Below, piece after piece: positions 60,503 through 64,000 of a DNA stretch of 64,000 nt. Positions within the stretch are counted from its first letter, which is position 1; each line of letters opens with the position of its first letter. Both the position numbers and the translations under genes were made by a program. Source of the DNA: Squalus acanthias (Eukaryota); contig CM059432.1 in NCBI GenBank assembly GCA_030390025.1, positions 77,316,001-77,380,000 of the forward strand. Reading direction: 5' to 3'. The notes under the pieces are model-generated. The model was not told the origin of the DNA. It saw only the letters and a list, made by a program, of their open reading frames with translations, and made no database searches.

Positions 60503-63500
60503 CCATGGACATGGAAGTGGGGACTCCACTTTAAGCGCTCTCACTTCTGACCTGTTGCCCCCGCCACCCCCAGTCAGTACCTGACATGCTGCCTCCTCTC
60601 CCGATGGCCGAGTCTGCCCTTGCACAAGTGCAGGTGGAGCAGTCTTTGGCGGGGCCCTCACAGACTCCAACACCCAAAGGTTGCCGGCCAAGAGCATCTC
60701 AACAGTCAGAGCAGGAATCTGAGCAGCCTGCTTCTACCTTTACTCAAGCCACAGAGATTGCACCACATAGATGCGATAGGAAAAGGAAGAGTAAAGCTTT
60801 GTAGTTGCACAAGGGTATGCACATGGGTGTATGAAAAAAACATTATGTTGTTAAGTTTCCGTTTTTTCGTAGAATCACATAAAATGTATTACTTTGCACC
60901 ACTTTCCCGTGTTGCCCCTTCTTGGTTGCTGGGTGGCAACTCGCCTTTTCAGTTGCTTGTTGATGAATGAGAAGACATGAATTAGCAGGAACCAATGGGA
61001 GGGATGTGCAATGGGTGCTTGGTTGGTTACAGGACTGCTTTGTGTCAGTGGGATGGTTGGAGGAAGATTGAAAGTGGTCGTTGGATGTGTTTGTTACATC
61101 GGTCCAGTGATGGTAACTAACTGATCATTACAGTTATAAGGGAATCCCTGGCAGCTGGGCAGCAATGTGAGCGGCTGGTGCTTCATTGGGGTCACCATCT
61201 TCTTCCTCCTCCTCCTTTCCTCTTCTTCTTCCTCTTGCTCCTCCTCCTCTCCCTCAGATTCGTCCGCAAACGATGTACGCTCAGCGCCTTATGCTTCCTG
61301 CAGCTCCAAACTTTGCTGCTGCACAATGTTGTGCAGAGTGCAGCACACCATGATCATTCTGGAGACCTTGGCTGGTGAGTACTTAAGGGTGCCTCCTTAT
61401 CTAACCAGGCATCGGAAGCGCAACTTGAACATGCCGATCGCTTGTTCAACGACACATCTGGTAGTCATATGGCTTTCATTGTACCGCTCTTGGGCACCAT
61501 TGCTTGAATTTCTCACTGGCATCATCAGCCATGTTTAAAGGGGGTATCCTTTATCCCCTAGCCGCCACCCCTCAAGTCTGCTTACAGTTCTAAAGAGGTT
61601 GGGGAGCTCGGACTGCTGCAGGATGAAAGCATCATGGCAGCTCCCTGGGAATCTGGTGCACACCTGCATAAACCTTTTCATGAGGTTGCACACCAGCTGT
61701 ACATTGATGGAATGGAACCCCTTGCGGTTTACAAATACTCCTGGTTGATCTGAGGGTGCACGGATTCCCACATGTGTGCAGTCAATGGTGCCCTGCACCT
61801 GTGGGAAGCCAGCCAGAGATGCCCACTCATTCTGACTGGCATCATCGCAGGGGAAGTTGACATAATTGTCAACAACCTATCAGTGACCTGCCCTATGCAT
61901 TTGTGGGCCGCCAACTCGGAGATCTGTCTCTGGTAGAGCCCTGGAAGGATCTGGAGGAAAAATAATTGAGGGCGGTAGGCACTTTCACAGCCATTGGTAA
62001 TGCGTGGCCACCAGGTCCAGCAGGGAGCAGATCTTCTTCTAGGAGGCTGCTAATATCTGTCACAACCTCAGCCTCCAGAGGCGCTGCTATTCCGAGAGGT
62101 TAAGGAAGCTGAGCTTCTGCCTGTACACCCTGTTGTGCAGGAAGTACCTCCTGCGTGTGTGTCCCCTCTGCTGCTCCCCTCTCTGCTCCACCACCTGCAG
62201 GTCTCTCCATAGCAGACTGTTGCTGCTGCTGATGGTCAGCTTGCTCCTTGTCCAAGGTCCAATCTAAGGTAGCCAAGGCGCCACCCATCCTGATCTGAGT
62301 CTCAATACCTCCAAAGTGCAGAAATTAACTTCTCACCACAAGTACTCTCAACAAACCTGTTCCCAATGATAGATAAGAAAGCAGCTGTGAATACTAAGTA
62401 TTTATTGCTGTATTTGTCTGACTTTTAATGAGCCCATGAATTGGCGTTCTATTCTCACCTTGGTTTCAATGGCAAGTTTCAGGAAGCCCGGGAAACCCAT
62501 GGATGAGTCATTAAATTTGAATGGAGGTTGAAATATCGCAACAATGGAACAATTAGCATATTTAAATTGCTAGCCAGCCTCTCCAGAGGGGGGTAACATG
62601 CAACCTGCTGAACGCAACCAAGTTAAATCTGGAAGTCGGCGGGTTGGAGCGGGCTTCCGGATGTGAACACATTTTCAGCCATATTAACCCCCCCCCCCCT
62701 CGCACCTAAACCCATGGCTGCTTCAAGTTAAAATTCCCCCCATTGAGTCCAGTAAAAGGGGCGCTGATCAAGCGAAACTGCTCTGTCCTGGATCGTGTCG
62801 AACTTCTTGAATGTTGCTGGAACTGCACCCATCCAGGCAAGTGGCTAATATTCCATCACACTCCTCACTTTTACCTTATAGGTGGTAGAGAGGCTTTGAG
62901 GGGTCAGGAAGTAAGCCACTAATCATAGCTTCTGTCCTATTCTCGAAGCCAAGGTGTTTATATGGCTGGTCCAGTTCAGTTTCTGGTCAATGGCCATTCC
63001 CAAGATATCAATGATCAGGGATTCAGTGATGCTGGTGCCATTGAAGATCAGGTGAGATGTTTTGTGACATGAAAAACATACTGGGGAATTATTGAAGATC
63101 TAGATATAACTATTGTGAAAATCATCAGAGGATTGGTTCTCTATCTGTTCCAAGAATCTTACAGTAATGAGAGAGTTGGCTACAAAGAAAGACTGAGGTG
63201 TAAAAAACTGGCAAAATACAAAGAGGCTGAAATTCCTTGACAGAACATCCTGGAAAGCAGCAGACACCTAGTTGTGCTAGCTCTCCGCCATTTTTTGGAG
63301 CTTACACATTGCCTTGTAACAGACAGAATTTCTGCCTAGCCCCTTACAAGGCAAATGTATTGGAGGTGGAGCAAGGGGCAGAGACTCCCTACACTAGGAG
63401 TCCCAACTCCATGGGCTCAATCGAGGCTTGGCATATCTCTGGAAGTTGGTACACTAAATGAGTTAAAGCATTCTAGCATCCAGATAGGCATAGGTTCACC

Positions 63501-63808
63501 CCACTGGCTGGGCCCATCTTGGGGAAGCGACATGGCCGTCTAAAGAAATGGCATTATTTGAAAAAAACAGATTGGCCTCTGTGTAAGGAAGACATGGCTA
63601 GGGTTGTGGGGGGCTTAAGCAACTCCTTCATGGTGGGCGAGCGCCAGAGTTTCCACCTGAGGCAGGTGGGTGCCAGAGATGCATCCGTAGAAGCGCTTCA
63701 GCTCACCTGCCCCATGCTAATTAGGTGCCCTCATAATAATCTCATGAGGCGGTCTTTCCAGAATCTCAATGAGAAATTACTTAAGAGATAGGGATATTAA
63801 TGAAACAA

Positions 63809-64000
63809 GGGCCCGGAATTCGCGGTCAACAACGAAGCAAAGGTGTTCGCAGCTGGCCCCAAAGTATGCTTCACACAAGGATCTCACGATCCCTGTGTCG
63901 AGGACTTCGGGTTTTCCGACCTTCAATTCAAATCAATGGAAGTTAATGTGAATTCCCTTGTGCAAACTGCTGTGATGTCAACAGGCTGTTTAAGCAGCCG
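63809..64000. mobile_element. Left end of another Harbinger-type element, running off the window
   Basis: GGGCCCGGAATTCGCGGT resembles the TIR at 16304. Confidence 0.55.

Larger units (their letters stand above)
55260..62741 (-). mobile_element. Harbinger transposon, decayed: Myb gene on plus (~55522-60804), transposase on minus (~61200-62288)
   Basis: ATT TSD at 55257-55259 and 62742-62744. Ends GGTCCCGATATTAACT / AGTTAAAATTCCCCCC. QGTIDCTHV, NRKGFHSINVQLVC, FPGSCHDAFIL, LGDKGYPL. Myb FNDASLDVL..RSWLQCSKCLNDL. Confidence 0.88.
54870..63050 (-). mobile_element. Old copy of the poly(A) LINE family, split by a Harbinger (pieces ~54870-55259 and 62745-63050)
   Basis: Both pieces are colinear with the reverse complement of 43815-44351 and 58812-59021. 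Confidence 0.7.

Overview
Eukaryotic, repeat-dominated vertebrate DNA. It is most likely from a cartilaginous fish (inference from an HE1-type V-SINE, a SacSINE1/DeuSINE-like SINE and CR1 LINEs with HER1-like microsatellite tails). Most of the window is a nested stack of decayed CR1 and L2 LINEs, at least five two-gene PIF/Harbinger DNA transposons or derivatives, Harbinger MITEs, SINEs and Penelope-like element (PLE) ends carrying minimal hammerhead ribozymes. The standout is a young Neptune-type PLE inserted as a ~6 kb palindrome (24370-30384). An intact 916-aa RT+GIY-YIG ORF is joined head-to-head to an apparently identical inverted 5'-truncated copy. There is a hammerhead in each arm, and one 14-bp target-site duplication (TSD) flanks the whole unit. 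Also found: a candidate three-exon host gene (10496-15405, minus), MITEs with compensated hairpins and a conserved 30-nt splice cassette, and a Harbinger whose Myb exons are spread over ~15 kb by nested insertions. All calls come from reading the sequence by eye. No searches were run and boundaries of decayed elements are approximate.
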